Positions 1 through 12,148 of a stretch of 64,000 bases of DNA are shown one piece after another (positions within the stretch are counted from its first letter, which is position 1; the number at the start of each line of letters is the position of its first letter). Origin of the DNA: Plasmodiophora brassicae. Taxonomy: Eukaryota. The notes beneath the pieces were generated by a model. It was not told where the DNA came from and did no database searches. It was given only the letters and a program-made list of their open reading frames with translations. Made by a program: the position numbers and the translations under genes. The stretch is taken from the NCBI GenBank assembly GCA_036867785.1, contig CP145426.1, forward strand, positions 186,001-250,000. The letters are read 5' to 3'.

Positions 1-529
1 CAAGACTCCCGAATTACAAGGTCGCGGCCGCACCGCTTGCGGCGGTCGGTGCAGGAATATTGGTGAGCAATGTCCAGCGGCGACCAGCTGCCCGGGTGGG
101 ACCGCCCGTAACGATGCGCACGAGAGCGTTGGTGCTATCCGGCGCCGGTATGGGCACACTTGCTGCATTAGCAATGTCCTACCGTGATGCCCGATCGTTT
201 TCGCGCCATCGAGCCGACCCAGCTGCCCCATCGCCCTCCGGTGCTGCTAGCGTGTCGGTGCCGCCCCGCACCGCCTTCGACACGCTCGTCCTAGCCGCCA
301 CGGTACTGTCGTGGGCGTTCGTTTCGCTTTGAAGCATGCGAGTACAGTTCAGCGGTGGGTGGTGCTATTTCGGAATCATCAACGGGCGCAGCCAGGCCAG
401 TTTGCGGAGTAGCGCCCGGCCGGAGAGCTGCACTGCGGACTGCGCGGGGACGGCCCCGCGGCTGGTACTGTATCGTGCGGGGCGGGGGTAGGAGCACGGA
501 ACAGGGCACGCACACCGTACTGCTGCGCC

Positions 530-2677
530 ATGGGCAGGTACGCCGCTGGGCTACAGTGGCTGATCGGGTCCGCACTGCTCTGCGCCCGCCTTAGCGCTGT
601 CACGCTCGAGTCCAGCGACGGGGTCGCCCTCCACGTCGACACCAAGCGTGCGGTGGCCCATTCCGGACGGCTGCGCAGGCTGGTGGCCGGCGACCTTGGA
701 CGCCAGGGCGGCGCCAGTGTTGTCGTGGGGGGTGCCACCCGCGTCGAGTTAGGGCTGATCGTGGACTACATGAACAGGTTCGAGCCGGACCAGGACGCCG
801 ATCGCGCCATGGAATGGGTCCAGCACTGGTCCGGGACGGCCGACCTCACCGTAGAGAGCCGACTGCTGACGGCCGCCCACTACCTCCAGATGCGTTCGCT
901 CTTGGTCGCGATCGCGTCGACGAAGCGCACCTGGGTGGACATCGTGGCGCTGCGCGACCTGGTGCCCAGTGACACCATGCACGTTGTCGTGAACAACGCG
1001 CCCGGCGTCGTCCGCCTTCTGCAACTTGCCCGCACGAACCTGCTCAAGCCTGAGCTTGTCATCCATTTATACAACCTGCTCCTCACAGCTGGTGGCGTTC
1101 CTGAAGGCACGCGAAAGGCGCCCATCGAGGTTCGCCAGCGCCTGGCCACCGCGTACGCCGCCGAGCTTGTCGACGGTCTACTGGTCTTCGCCGCCGCCCA
1201 TGGCGAGCGTCTGGTCGTCGAGCTGCTGGTGACGGCGCCGTGCATCGACGTCAACCATCGTCACGGCCGCAGCAGGACGACCGCCCTGCATCGTGCCGCC
1301 AATCAAGGGTTCCTGGACATCGTCAACGTTCTGCTGCACGCGCCGGGGATCGACGTTAACGCCCGCGATGGGCACCGCATGACAGCGCTTCACCGCTGCC
1401 TGATGCACCAGGGCCGGTACGACATCATCGCGCTGCTGGTGCGTTTCCCCGGGATCGACGTCAACGCGCGTGAGACGCAACACGACTGGGCGCCCCTGCA
1501 CCGCGCCGTCGTGAACGGAGACGGCGACGCCGTCGCACGGCTGCTGGAGGTGCCCGCGATCGACGTCAACGCGGCCGACAGGTTCGGGCGGACGCCTCTG
1601 CACTGGGCCGCGTCCACCGGATGCGCTCGCATCGTCGCGATGCTGCTGCGCGCCCCCGGGGTGAACGTGAACGCGCGCGACCGGTCCCAGGCGTCGGCGT
1701 TGCACATGGCCGCGCGTGACGGCCACGCGCACGTCGCGAAGATGCTGCTGCTCAGGGCTGACGTCAACGCCCAGCAGGACTACATGCACTGGACGCCCCT
1801 GCACGTGGCCGTTCAGTACGGTTCCGCTGGAGTCGTCGACGTCCTGTTAGGCGTCGACGGTGTCGACGTGAACGCGCGCGACGTCAGGCGCAACACCCCG
1901 CTGCGCTTAGCGGTGACTGAGCGTCACGTGCATATCGTCGAATCGCTGCTGAAGGGGGCCTCTGAGGTCGACGTCAACGCGCGTGGCCTGGACGACTGGA
2001 CGGCGCTGCATGCGGCGGCCGATTCGGGGCATGCCGGCATCGTCAGGTTGCTGCTGGAGGCGCCCGGTGTTGCCGTTAATGCACCGGGTGACAGCAGCGC
2101 CAGGACAGCCCTGCACTGCGCTGCGAACCGAGGGCACGAGGTCGTCGTCGGGTTGCTGTTGAACGCCACCGGCACTGACGTCAACGCCTGCGACGCCGTC
2201 GGGAAGACGCCTCTGCATGACGCGGCGATTCGTGGCCATCGCCACGTTGTTGAATTGCTTCTGAACGCCCGTGGCGTCGACGTCAGCGTTGAAGACACGG
2301 CGACCGGGCGAACGGCGTCGGAGTCAGCCCGGGAGAACGGCCATGAGGACGTCGCGCTGATGCTGGACGACTACGCCAGGACGCTGTCGATGAAACAGGC
2401 GTCGGTGACCGGTACCTCGTCAAGCGGCATGGCGCGCGCGTACCACGACTACAGGAACAGGAGGGGCCCGCCGAATATGGTATCTCGCAAGTCATGGTTC
2501 CATGGCGAGGCCCGGTACCCAGCAACGTCGACGTATCGTACTGGGTGGGCGCCACATCTAGTTCGTCCCAGGTCGTCCATGCTGCTCCAGGTCCTTCGTT
2601 CCCCGCGATCGTCCCGCGTGTCGCTCCCTGCTGTTGTCCCCACCTTGTCATTCAGTTCGCAAATCGGCATGCGTTGA
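530..2677 (+). CDS. Secreted ankyrin-repeat protein with N-terminal Skp1/BTB-POZ-like domain (candidate effector)
   Basis: Hydrophobic N-terminus (LQWLIGSALLCARLSA). VTLESSDG...LLTAAHYLQMRSLL resembles Skp1 motifs. About 10 TPLH/TALH..A....G...V..LL...GIDVNARD repeats. The true 3' end may be spliced differently. Confidence 0.85.
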   Translation: MGRYAAGLQWLIGSALLCARLSAVTLESSDGVALHVDTKRAVAHSGRLRRLVAGDLGRQGGASVVVGGATRVELGLIVDYMNRFEPDQDADRAMEWVQHWSGTADLTVESRLLTAAHYLQMRSLLVAIASTKRTWVDIVALRDLVPSDTMHVVVNNAPGVVRLLQLARTNLLKPELVIHLYNLLLTAGGVPEGTRKAPIEVRQRLATAYAAELVDGLLVFAAAHGERLVVELLVTAPCIDVNHRHGRSRTTALHRAANQGFLDIVNVLLHAPGIDVNARDGHRMTALHRCLMHQGRYDIIALLVRFPGIDVNARETQHDWAPLHRAVVNGDGDAVARLLEVPAIDVNAADRFGRTPLHWAASTGCARIVAMLLRAPGVNVNARDRSQASALHMAARDGHAHVAKMLLLRADVNAQQDYMHWTPLHVAVQYGSAGVVDVLLGVDGVDVNARDVRRNTPLRLAVTERHVHIVESLLKGASEVDVNARGLDDWTALHAAADSGHAGIVRLLLEAPGVAVNAPGDSSARTALHCAANRGHEVVVGLLLNATGTDVNACDAVGKTPLHDAAIRGHRHVVELLLNARGVDVSVEDTATGRTASESARENGHEDVALMLDDYARTLSMKQASVTGTSSSGMARAYHDYRNRRGPPNMVSRKSWFHGEARYPATSTYRTGWAPHLVRPRSSMLLQVLRSPRSSRVSLPAVVPTLSFSSQIGMR

Positions 2678-2879
2678 CATTCATCATCCCCAGCTGCCTG
2701 TATATCAGTACTGTCGTGGGCCCATACAATGAATATCTGTCTGTTCCGCGCCCTGACACCGAGTGATCGACACTCAGCTTGCGCTCAGAATGCATTCCGT
2801 ACAGACGTTCCCTGAGCCCTATGGCTACCGCATCAGGGGCGGTGCTGCGAATGGAACCGAGTCGCCCAGAAATAGATTG

Positions 2880-3051
2880 CCTGGAAGCGAAGACGCAGGA
2901 GACTGCATTGCATTATGCCGTTCAAACGTTTCGTGGCCGGGCTTGTACCACGAAAGTTTTACTGAACGCCACCGCGATTAAGGTCGGCGCTCAAGATGTC
3001 GTCCACCAACAGACGCCCCTGGATCTTACCAGAGCTGAGAGCACTAGATGA
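2880..3051 (+). pseudogene. Ankyrin-repeat gene fragment or extra exon
   Basis: ETALHYAVQ...VLLNATAIKVGAQD...QTPLDL matches the repeat style of the neighbouring ankyrin genes; no clear start codon. Confidence 0.5.
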
Positions 3052-3178
3052 TCACTACCCCGAAATCGTGGCACTGCTGAGAGCAAGCCTGACATGGTGG
3101 GAAACATGCCTCGTTGCATTCCAGAGTCTGATCGGGCGTCAGTAAAGTTTGTTTGTCGAATAGCCCCACGTTCGCTAC

Positions 3179-3701
3179 CGATGGCGGCCGAGGCGTGCGA
3201 AGCCTGCCGGCCGCGGATGGCGGGAAACACGACGTCTCCCGCCCATTGGAGACGACGCCGAATGTCCTCGTAGGTGACGACGGCGTCTTGAGTGCCTGTG
3301 TGGTCAGTGATCAGGTCGGCACGACGCGTAAACATGACGGAGAAGGCGTCCGAGCCGAGGATCGTCGCCTCCTTAATGTCGTAGTAGAGTTGAGCAGCGG
3401 GGACATACCGGTCCCATGCACGGTCGTCTGCTCAAGAAACTCCTCGATGCAGAAGACGGTTCATGGGACCGGTATGTCCCCGCTGCTCAACTCTACTACG
3501 ACATTAAGGAGGCGACGATCCTCGGCTCGGACGCCTTCTCCGTCATGTTTACGCGTCGTGCCAACCTGCTCACTGACCACACAGGCACTCAAGACGCTGT
3601 CGTCACCTACGAGGACATTCGACGTCGTCTTCAATGGGCGGGAGACGTCGTGTTTCCCGCCGTCCGCGGCCGGCAGGCTTCGCACGCCTCGGCCGCCATC
3701 G
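3179..3701. repeat. Long near-perfect inverted repeat (253-bp arms, 17-nt loop) made of gypsy integrase sequence
   Basis: 3179-3431 is the reverse complement of 3449-3701 with scattered mismatches. Both strands encode MFTRRA.L.TDHTGTQDAVVTYEDIRRRLQWAGD. Confidence 0.95.
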
Positions 3702-4979
3702 CTCAGTTTGCGCGTCGTCACCGCATCCTGCCTGACGACCCGTTCCCCCATCGGCACCATGGCCATGATGAAGGACCATACGCGCAGTGACAAGATGGCG
3801 CCTCAGTATGGGGGCCCGTTCCGCGTTCTGCGCCTCCTTCTTCTTGAGCGCCTTGAGTGTATGGCAGTCAGCCGTGTTGTGGCCAGAGCTAGCTCTCGTG
3901 GTGGGCGCACCATTTCTTGGCGGTGTTCGTGGCGCCTGCGTTGGTGCTGGATGTAGCGCTCGCCTTTGGATCCTTGCCTGTCGTGGCGCCGACCGCTTGC
4001 CCTTGCACCCCTTGGTGCTCGTCGGCGTGCAACGTTGTGAGCGCGTTCACGATGGCGCGCTCTGAGCGGACCGACTCTGGTCGTGCGCACTTCAGGACCT
4101 TCAGGTTGTCCTGGGTCTTGGCAGGCAGTCGCAGCGTGAAGTGCTTCACGCGGCTTCGTGCGTCAGGGTCCTGCTCAGCGAGGCGCATGACCTTCAGGTA
4201 CCGGTCCGCGAACGCCAACACGCTCTCCTTCACCCCCATCGCGATGCTCTCATACGCCTCCTGGTGCAGGGCGAGGATGTCGGAGTCCAGGTAGTGGCCG
4301 AGGAAGCGCTCGCGCGCCTCGCTCCACGTCAGGTCTGCGTCTGACGACGCATTGAGTGCCTGTACGTAGCGCGCCTTGGGGTACCCGGCCGTGGGCTTCG
4401 AGGCGGTCCTCGAACTGCGCGACCATGTCGTGAGCGGATTGGTCGTCCGGCGCTTGAACGTCGGCAGGTTGCTGGGCATCGAGACCGGCCTGGTGGCCTG
4501 GGTTGCTTCCGCGAATTCGCGGAAGCAAGCGCCACCGCGTTGCATGCGTCCCGCACGCTGGCGAGCAAATCTTTCAGCTACTCGATCTCCCTCTTGAGGG
4601 ACGTAATGGCGCTCGCAGGCGGCGTCACGTCGTCGTCGGCGAACAGCTCGTTCAGCCGGCGGAGCTTGTGGTGATCCGTCGCTCGAGTGTTGCGAGGGGT
4701 GCCCGTCACCGGGACGGGGCTTCTGCTGCCTGACGCGGATTCAGGGCTTGACGAGCTTGGCGAGGCCAACTCGGGATCAGCGCCGCCAGCGGGTTCCACT
4801 GGTGGAAGCTCGGGCGTGCCAGACATCGGACTTGTGACACTGTGACGTGACTCTGTGCGGATCTGGGCACACGATCAGGAACGCGTGCTGGGTGCGCTCG
4901 GCATGACAGCATGACTATATATATCGAAGCCAATGGTGACCCGTCTGCAGCTGGCGGCGCACGGCCCGCTCACGAAACA
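3179..4979. mobile_element. Rearranged, degenerate Ty3/gypsy LTR retrotransposon relic
   Basis: + strand carries an integrase C-terminus (WDRYVPAAQLYY...FSVMF, ...KMAPQYGGPFRV GPF motif). - strand carries a disrupted gag at 4826->3840 (TWSEARERFLGHY..., KWCAHH knuckle) with a stop and frameshifts. Possible TG..CA LTR with a TATA at 4833-4979. Confidence 0.75.
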
Positions 4980-5612
4980 GGACAGTGGTGATTTCCGTTT
5001 CGAAATCGAAGCTAGCCGTGGTGCCAGAAATGCTACAGTACGGTTCTGACGGACGCGCTGACCTTCTCATTACAAAGAGTCGCTCCAAGTGCCTCCGACG
5101 ATCTCCTCCTTAGCGGACGTCGTGGTCAGTGGGGTTCTGGTCTCCATGCCGTTGGATTCCACATCGGAGTCAATCTTCTTCCGTTTCTGCTTGCAGGTGA
5201 CTCCTTTCGCGACGCAGCAAAATCGTTCGCAGATAGCGAATGCAGGGCTTAATTAAAGCGACGAGCCTCTCGAGCGGGTATGTATCTCCCGGGAATGGGC
5301 GGGTGCGCGCGTGCGGCCATACGCTAGATTCGTCCGAAGCAGGAAGGGTGCGCAACTGCTGTCAGCTGTGCGGCACGCGCGCACAAAGGTCCCCGTGACT
5401 GTAGAGACAATTATTGCGTCTCCCCGCCACTGGTAAGAAATGCCGTGGTTTTGCAGCCAAACCGCTACTCGCGTCCTGCGTCCACGCCCTGGCGAAATGC
5501 GCAGTGAACGTACTGCGGACTGCACGCCGCCGGCCGGGCTGCGTTCCTGAGATTGCCAGTCTCCTAGCGCGCGACAGCTGCAGACCGCGACGACGACCGC
5601 AAACGATCAAAG

Positions 5613-7129
5613 ATGTCCATCGGCAACTTGATTCCGTCCAGCACGATACTGCTACTGCTGATCAACGTCGCGCGCGTCTGTCGCGTCGGCGAAGCTGCAG
5701 GGCCTCAGGCGCCCGATACCGGGGGCTTCGGCTCGTCAAACCACGGCAACGGTACCACCCTGGCGCTGCAGCCCTTCCTGGACGTCATTGAGAAAATCGG
5801 ATTCGGTGGGGTAGGGATGCCCATAACGTATGCCGTACCTAAACCAGTATCATTGACTTGTCGCAATAGGCCGCTGATTGCAGAGTCGACGGAGCCGGGC
5901 GGAGTACTGTCCAGACGGCGGATACGTATGCAGAGCGCGGTCGAATGCTGACCACTGCTCTGGCGAAGGTCATCGAATTGTCGAATCGTATGGGAGGCGG
6001 TGCCGACGCCGCCAAGAGCATCGGCAGCATTGCAGCCCGCATCATCACGGAAAAGACAAACGTTCCTGTGGAGGCGGTTCTGCTCTCGGCCATTCTCGAC
6101 AAAGACGAAGCGGTTGTCGAGGCTTTGGCGAGGGCACCCGGAATCGACGTGAACAGGCGTGCACATCGTTTCGACAGGAAAACGCTCCTGCATTACGCGT
6201 TCGAGCAGGGCAGCCCGAAGATCTTCAGGTCATTGCTGAATGCGCCCGGTATTGACGTCAATGCTTGTGACAGGGACCTGGAAACGGTCCTACATTACTG
6301 GAGCAAACAAGGGCGGCTTGACGAAACGGCCATGGCTTTGCTTAACGCCACCGGACTGGACATCAACGCCCGTGCCGAGCACCTGAACTGGACTGCGTTG
6401 CACTCCCTCGTGCACAGTGGGAGCACTAGCGCGGTCAAGGCCATATTGACGCACCCGGGAATCGATGTCAACGCGCCCGATGAGTTTGGGTACACCCCCA
6501 TGCACTGGGCCGCCCTCCAAGGACACGAGCAAATCGTGGCGATGCTGCTGAACGCCACAGGCATCGACGTCCACCCGCGATGCAATTTCCAGTCTCCGTT
6601 GCGTAAAGCAGTCGAACGTCGCCGGATCCCGGTCATCAAATTGCTTCTGGCGCACCCGGACACCCGCGTCAACGCCCTCGAGGACGGGTTTTCGTGTCTC
6701 TATGTGGCCGTCAGGAAAGGATATCACGACGTCGTCGAGCTGCTGCTCAACGCTACCGGAATTGACGTCAACATTGCTTCCCGCGGGACCAAAGAGACGG
6801 CGATGCATGTCGCCGCGTCCACTGGGCGCCTTAGCATGATCAAGACCCTGCTCGCTGCACCTGGCATCAAGGTCAACGCACGCGACAGGCGCCTGTGGTC
6901 GCCACTACATCATGCGGTGCATTCTGACCGGCTTACTATTGTCCAAGCTCTCCTGGAAGATCGCCGCGTCAACTCGAATGCGAAAGACATGTACGGGCGC
7001 AAGCCAGCAGCCCTGGCCAGGCAGGGCCGAAATCACGCGATCGCAGAGATGCTGGATGCCCATGCGATGGCTACCTGGTCGCTGCGGTCGTGCTGGAACA
7101 CCTGGTGGAATCCTGCCGCCGACCGCTGA
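5613..7129 (+). CDS. Secreted ankyrin-repeat protein (2 exons)
   Basis: Signal-like TILLLLINVARVC. GT-AG intron 5811-5869 joins exon 1 in frame to the 5945-7129 ORF. About 9 ankyrin repeats (LLNATGIDVN). Confidence 0.85.
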
Positions 7130-7624
7130 GTTTCCTTTCATGTGTGCTGGTCAAATAAACAGACCAGCGAATCGGGTTGTCATCCAGTTTGTTAAATTGC
7201 GACTGTAGAAATTGCGATACCCAGCACGCCTAAACCTAAGCCAGCTGGTGCAGTACGCTCAGGAGTCTGTGGTGCGTTTCGAACGGCAGAACGTCTCCTC
7301 GAGGCTCTATTGCGAGACGACCGGGCATCATTGCGAGATGACGACAATGCGGGTCATCGTGGGCTACCTACCCTTCGCAGTCACCGCAGGGCCACCAGCA
7401 GTTAGAGCGGTCTACCGGAATGGGCCTGCAACCATATATCCGTGTTCCACGTGGTTGAGGGCCCGTCCCAAGCGCGCCGTGTCGTCGTGTCTTTGTCCCG
7501 GTCCGCAGCAACAACAGCAGGGGCAGGCGCCACTAACCCATCGCCGTCAAGGCGGGCGTTGATGCGGGCGAAGGCGGGCCCGGTCGTCATGGGTGCGGAT
7601 GCCCTTCATTGAATACGCACGCCG

Positions 7625-7840
7625 TCATGGTTGAACATCGGCGATAGCGGCCAGGTACATGAGGTTGTCCAGCGCGCGCTCCTGGTACCGGGCCGCCTCC
7701 ATCAGCGCGCCCTTGTTCTGCAGGTCGACGACCGCCTCGATCAGCAGCGCGTTCTCGTCCAGGTACTGCTGGATCAGGTCCCGGGTCAGCGGCGTCGATG
7801 GGCGCAGCGTCTTTGCCGGCGCCGGCGCACCCGCGTTCAT
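7625..7840 (-). CDS. SSXT/SNH-domain protein (SS18 / plant GIF family), domain-only, 71 aa
   Basis: IQQYLDEN..LI......QN.G...E...YQ.....NLMYLAAIAD.QP is the SSXT signature. Confidence 0.88.
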   Translation of the reverse strand: MNAGAPAPAKTLRPSTPLTRDLIQQYLDENALLIEAVVDLQNKGALMEAARYQERALDNLMYLAAIADVQP

Positions 7841-8073
7841 CAGTCACGCGCACCCCGCCGTCCAGGACCCCGTGACTGACGTCTCTGCAGCCGCGGCCAC
7901 TGATTATTTATGGAACTCGCCGCTGTACGCGGGAGCTACACATCCGGCACAGTGACACAGTGACTACTGTAACGCGAACGCGTCCTGTCCCCCCGCCCCG
8001 CCCCCGTTTTGGTCACGCAGCCGACGTGGAACTGCATCGCCGCGCCATTCGTTTTTCGTCACTGGACGACCTG

Positions 8074-9052
8074 ATGGTGCGGCGTGCGGGTGACGTCGCC
8101 GAGTGCGGCAGCGCCGACGCGCTGGAGCGGTGCGTCGTCAGGCTGGGGCGGTACGCGGGCGACGCCGACGGCGGTGCCGTACGGGAGCGGGTGACGAGGG
8201 ATGCGCTGGCGATGGCGGCGCTGTCGCGCGGCGACGGTCTGCCTCGGGCGTTGCTGCGGGCCCAGTCGCTCGTGCGAACGCGGCGGTCCGGCGAGCCGAT
8301 GTCGAACGACGCGCTGGCGCTATCGGCGTTCTGCCTGGCGTGTCTGCTGCACGGCGTGGCCGAGGTTGCTGATTGCGCTGTCGCGCGGGAAAACGGCGAC
8401 GCTGAGGAGGTGCGGTGCACGATCCTGACGGAGGTGGCGTTCGCCTGGTGGTGCCACCCCGGTGTGAACCCCGACTCAATCGTCAGCCTGCACGCGGTCT
8501 GCACGTTGCTGCGCATGGGCTCGCCCGCGCGTGCCGTTGCTTCCGAGATTGTGTACGGACGGTGGCGTATGCGACCGGTGCACTGATGCGGGGAGCGCTC
8601 ATGTGTCGCTGATCAGGATGAACATCGAACGGGAAGGGCTTCGAGGACGGCACTCGCCACACAGCCTGGCGGCGGTCGCTGTGATCCGCACCTGCGAACT
8701 TCTCTGCCTGCACCCGACCATGACGCAGCAGCAATTCTGCAACCTGCTCGATGGTTCGTCGCATCCTTGTCGCATCCAGGCCTATCTCGCTGACTGGTCG
8801 CCAGTGACGGATAACACCATCCGGGGGATCCTGAGGACGTTGTCGTCCAAGTGGGAGCGTCTGGACCCAGAGCGTTTGCGATTACCAAAGCCAATCTGGC
8901 TACGCGAGTACCCACGCCCGTCTCGTGTCCTGTCCCGAGGCGGACACGTGATTGCGCCTGCCGTCCCCGAAATCGTTCGCCCTGCATTCACGTTCGAGGA
9001 CGCCATCGCGTTCCACCACCGCACGCGGCAGCATCTGCCCCCGTCGTCGTAA
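8074..9052 (+). CDS. Hypothetical protein (probably 2 exons)
   Basis: Overlapping ORFs 7960-8586 and 8531-9052 with protein-like composition; no family recognised; start uncertain. Confidence 0.45.
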
Positions 9053-9167
9053 CAACAGGATGGCGTCGGTTCCGCCCAAAGCAATGCATCGCTGGCTTGT
9101 CGTAGACGGAGGTGGCTCACAGTCGAACGAGCGCCTCAAAAACGGACCCCTACGTTGCCGCGGCCAC

Positions 9168-10648
9168 ATGGTTGGCTGGAGAATGTCGAGGAGGTGGATG
9201 TCGTCGGTTACCGGTCGCGCCGCGGGTTCGATGGAAGAGCTGCGGCGCGTTCTACCGATCACGCTCGATATTCACCGCCTCCGGGGCCTGCCAGCGTCAG
9301 CGATCCCGTCGGTCGCGTATCACCCCGAGTAAGCGCTTCACGCGATGATGATTGCGACCCGAAGCCCGAGTTTCACGTTGTGTCAGCGCTCCCGAACGGT
9401 CGTCGTTAGCATCCCGAATCCGTGTTCGGCTGCCCTTGTCCACATCGCCTGAGCTCCGCGAGCAGTATGCCCTGTTCGGGAGCCCACACTTGCTGCGGCT
9501 CGGGCGCGTTCTCGAGGATCTTGATGGCATTGCTGGTAAGCGCACGTCGACAGATTCGTGGCGTCGTTCATTTGGGCGCCGGCAGGTGATATCGCATACC
9601 GTCACGCGGGCCAGGGTTCGTCATCGATCGTGACCGCCTGCATGGACCGGATGGCGCTGTTCCACCGTATGTCGACGAACGACGACCTGGAGATCGACGG
9701 CGCCGTCACGTGGGTCGGCACGACGTCGCTCAATATCGACCTGGTCGTTCGCTCCGTCTGCGCCGACAGAGCAGCGACACCGTTAGGTGGCCCTCGCCGA
9801 GTCGTCGCCCGGACACAGATCTATGGGGGCTGACGATCCGCGCGTAGCGAAATCGTCGTTTCTGATGGTCAGCCGCACCAAGGAGCAGAACAACGGCGTC
9901 CCCGTACCGAAGCTGGTCCCGGCCGATGCTGAGGAATCGGAACGGTTCCGCCAGGTGCAGCAGCGTCGTTCCCATCGAGGCAGGCCAGTAAGTCGTACTA
10001 GGACCCGACGTGCTCGGCTGTGCCCGTCTGCAGATTCGTAACGCGCGTCTCACAGGCGCGGGCCTGTGCCCCGGGTCTGTCTGGTCCCGAAGCCGCCCTG
10101 ATCGATGAACTTCACAAGTCCCGCCTCGAATCACCGGACGGGTTCGTCTGGCAACGCGACGCGTCGGACGCCAGGACGCTGCTGATGCACAGCCAGTCTC
10201 GGAACATGCACGTGCCGAACGCCGTTTGCACACTCAGCCGTATGGCCTAACACGTCGCTCTCGGTCCAGATACGGGCGCATCTTTGGCGGATACCTGATG
10301 GCGCAGGCCTACGAACTCGCATGGCTGACGACCTACAAGCTGGCGAGGGCCATGCCGACCCCGACGTTCATCGACGACGTCACGTTCATCCGCCCCGTCG
10401 AGATCGCCTCGGTCGTGACGATGAACGCCCGAGTCGTGTACGCGTCGACGACCGAGGCGCTCGTCGACGTCGAGGCCATCGTCCAGCAGCCGGCCACCGG
10501 CGAATCCGTCCTGACGAACACGTTCCATTTCGGATTCGACGTCGGGCCCCGCTGCCGCCCGGTCGTCCCCGACTCGTACCGCGAAATCCTGAGCTTCGCC
10601 GAAGGCAGGCGCCGGTTCCAGCAGTGCCAGGCGGGATTGTCGTCGTGA
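9168..10648 (+). CDS. ACOT9: Acyl-CoA thioesterase, double hot-dog fold (ACOT9-like), multi-exon
   Basis: Exon peptides LRLGRVLEDLDGIAG, IVTACMDRM, GAVTWVGTTSL, QSRNMH, GRIFGGYLMAQAYELAW, IDDVTFIRPVEI, TNTFHF. Start approximate. Confidence 0.85.
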
Positions 10649-10745
10649 AATGCACACCCCCACCCCATCCCCCCGTTTGCCGGCGTCGTCCCGGGCGTCG
10701 TTCGCCGCGCTGCTGCGATACGTCGTATACGCCCGCCATATCCGC

Positions 10746-11586
10746 ATGGTGATGCGCGCGGCGGCCGTACGCGTCGTCCGGATCAGCGAGCGGCGCGGGC
10801 GCGGGCTGGTGGCCGCCCGGGCGGTCCGGGCCGGCGACGTCGTCGTCGAGGATCGGCCGATCGCGATCGGGGCGGACATCGCCGCGCCGCGCTGCGGGAC
10901 CTGCGCCGGCGTCCACGACGACGACGACGCCGGGCGGCGCGCCTGCGAATCGGACAATGCCGGGCGGCGCTGGCTGGCCGGCATCGACTGGACGTCGGGG
11001 CCGCTGTTCCCCGCCATGGCCGGCGAGTTGCAGATCGCGCGCATCCTCGGCCGCATCAACCGGGTGTGGGACGAGGGCCTGTCCCGCCTGTGCCACGCGA
11101 CGATCGCGGACGACCACGACGGCGTCCGCGACGATTGGCGCAAGGTCGTCGCCCGCGTCACGTCGCTCATGTCGCGGGGCACCGCCGAGGACATCCTCCC
11201 GTTCGACACGTTCCGCCGCCTGCTCGGCGTCCTGCACCTGAACTGCCTGGCCGTCGGCGACGCCGACCGCCACGTCGGCACGGTCCTGATGGGCACCCTG
11301 TCGTTCGTCAACCATTCGTGCTGCCCGAACGCCAAGGTCGGATGGGGGCGGCGGCGCCGCCGCTCTGCCATGCTGACGTTGTCGACAGGTCGGGGCGGAT
11401 TTCGACCGGCGCGGGCGCCTGCCGCTGCTGGCCGTCGACGACATCGCCGAGGGCGACGAGCTGACGATCGCGTACGTCGACCCGACGATGCCGGTCGATC
11501 GGCGACGGCGTCATCTGCAGTGGGCGTACGGCTTCGAATGCGACTGTCGCCTGTGCCGCCAACAGCTGTCGTCGTCCAAGCCGTGA
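10746..11586 (+). CDS. SET-domain (SMYD-like) methyltransferase
   Basis: RGRGLVAARAVRAGDVV, SFVNHSCCPNA, then after an intron DIAEGDELTIAYVD...YGFECDCRLC (post-SET). Confidence 0.88.
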
Positions 11587-11617
11587 CCAATGTACGTACG
11601 GCGGCGCGCCCGTGTGT

Positions 11618-12148
11618 CTATTCGTCGGCGGTGCCGTCCAGGTGCATGAGGAACGTCCGGTAGATGCCGGCGAGGCGGCTGGAGCCGTCGGTGGCGGGTC
11701 GCGAGCGTCCCGTCATGGACCGGTGCAGCATTGCCCATTGGCGCCGGCGCCGGACGGCCCTGTACCCGCCCAGGCTGTGGACCTTGACGTACAGGTCGAA
11801 CAGGTCGACCTGGCGCCTGGCCAGCGTGGGCGGGCGCGGCGCCGGCCCGCCCCGTTCCTGGTACGACCGGCGCCACGCGTCCTGGAACAGCGGGCGGGCG
11901 CGCTCGGCCGCCATCGTGCGCATCTGCTCGGGCAGCGTCGTCGTCGTCGCCTGCTGCTGTTGCTGCGACGGGACGATCGGCGCGAACGGAACGTGCTTCG
12001 CCCGTGCGGCGCGCTGGTCGTCGCCCATCCCCGTTCCGCGTTTGCCGTCGTCGTGCGATCCCTCGTCGGTGGCGGACACGCGGTCAATGGCGTCCAGCAG
12101 GGCGTCCATGCGAGCCGTCTGCCCGGCAGCGAGCGCCAGCGCGTCCAT
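11618..12148 (-). CDS. ARID/BRIGHT DNA-binding domain protein
   Basis: PTLARRQVDLFDLYVKVHSLGGYRAV....QW......L..IY..FL; start uncertain. Confidence 0.8.
   Translation of the reverse strand: MDALALAAGQTARMDALLDAIDRVSATDEGSHDDGKRGTGMGDDQRAARAKHVPFAPIVPSQQQQQATTTTLPEQMRTMAAERARPLFQDAWRRSYQERGGPAPRPPTLARRQVDLFDLYVKVHSLGGYRAVRRRRQWAMLHRSMTGRSRPATDGSSRLAGIYRTFLMHLDGTADE

Noticed and set aside
3153-3956. 267-aa + strand ORF
   Set aside because: A by-product of the palindrome and gypsy fragments; only a short stretch is in the integrase frame.
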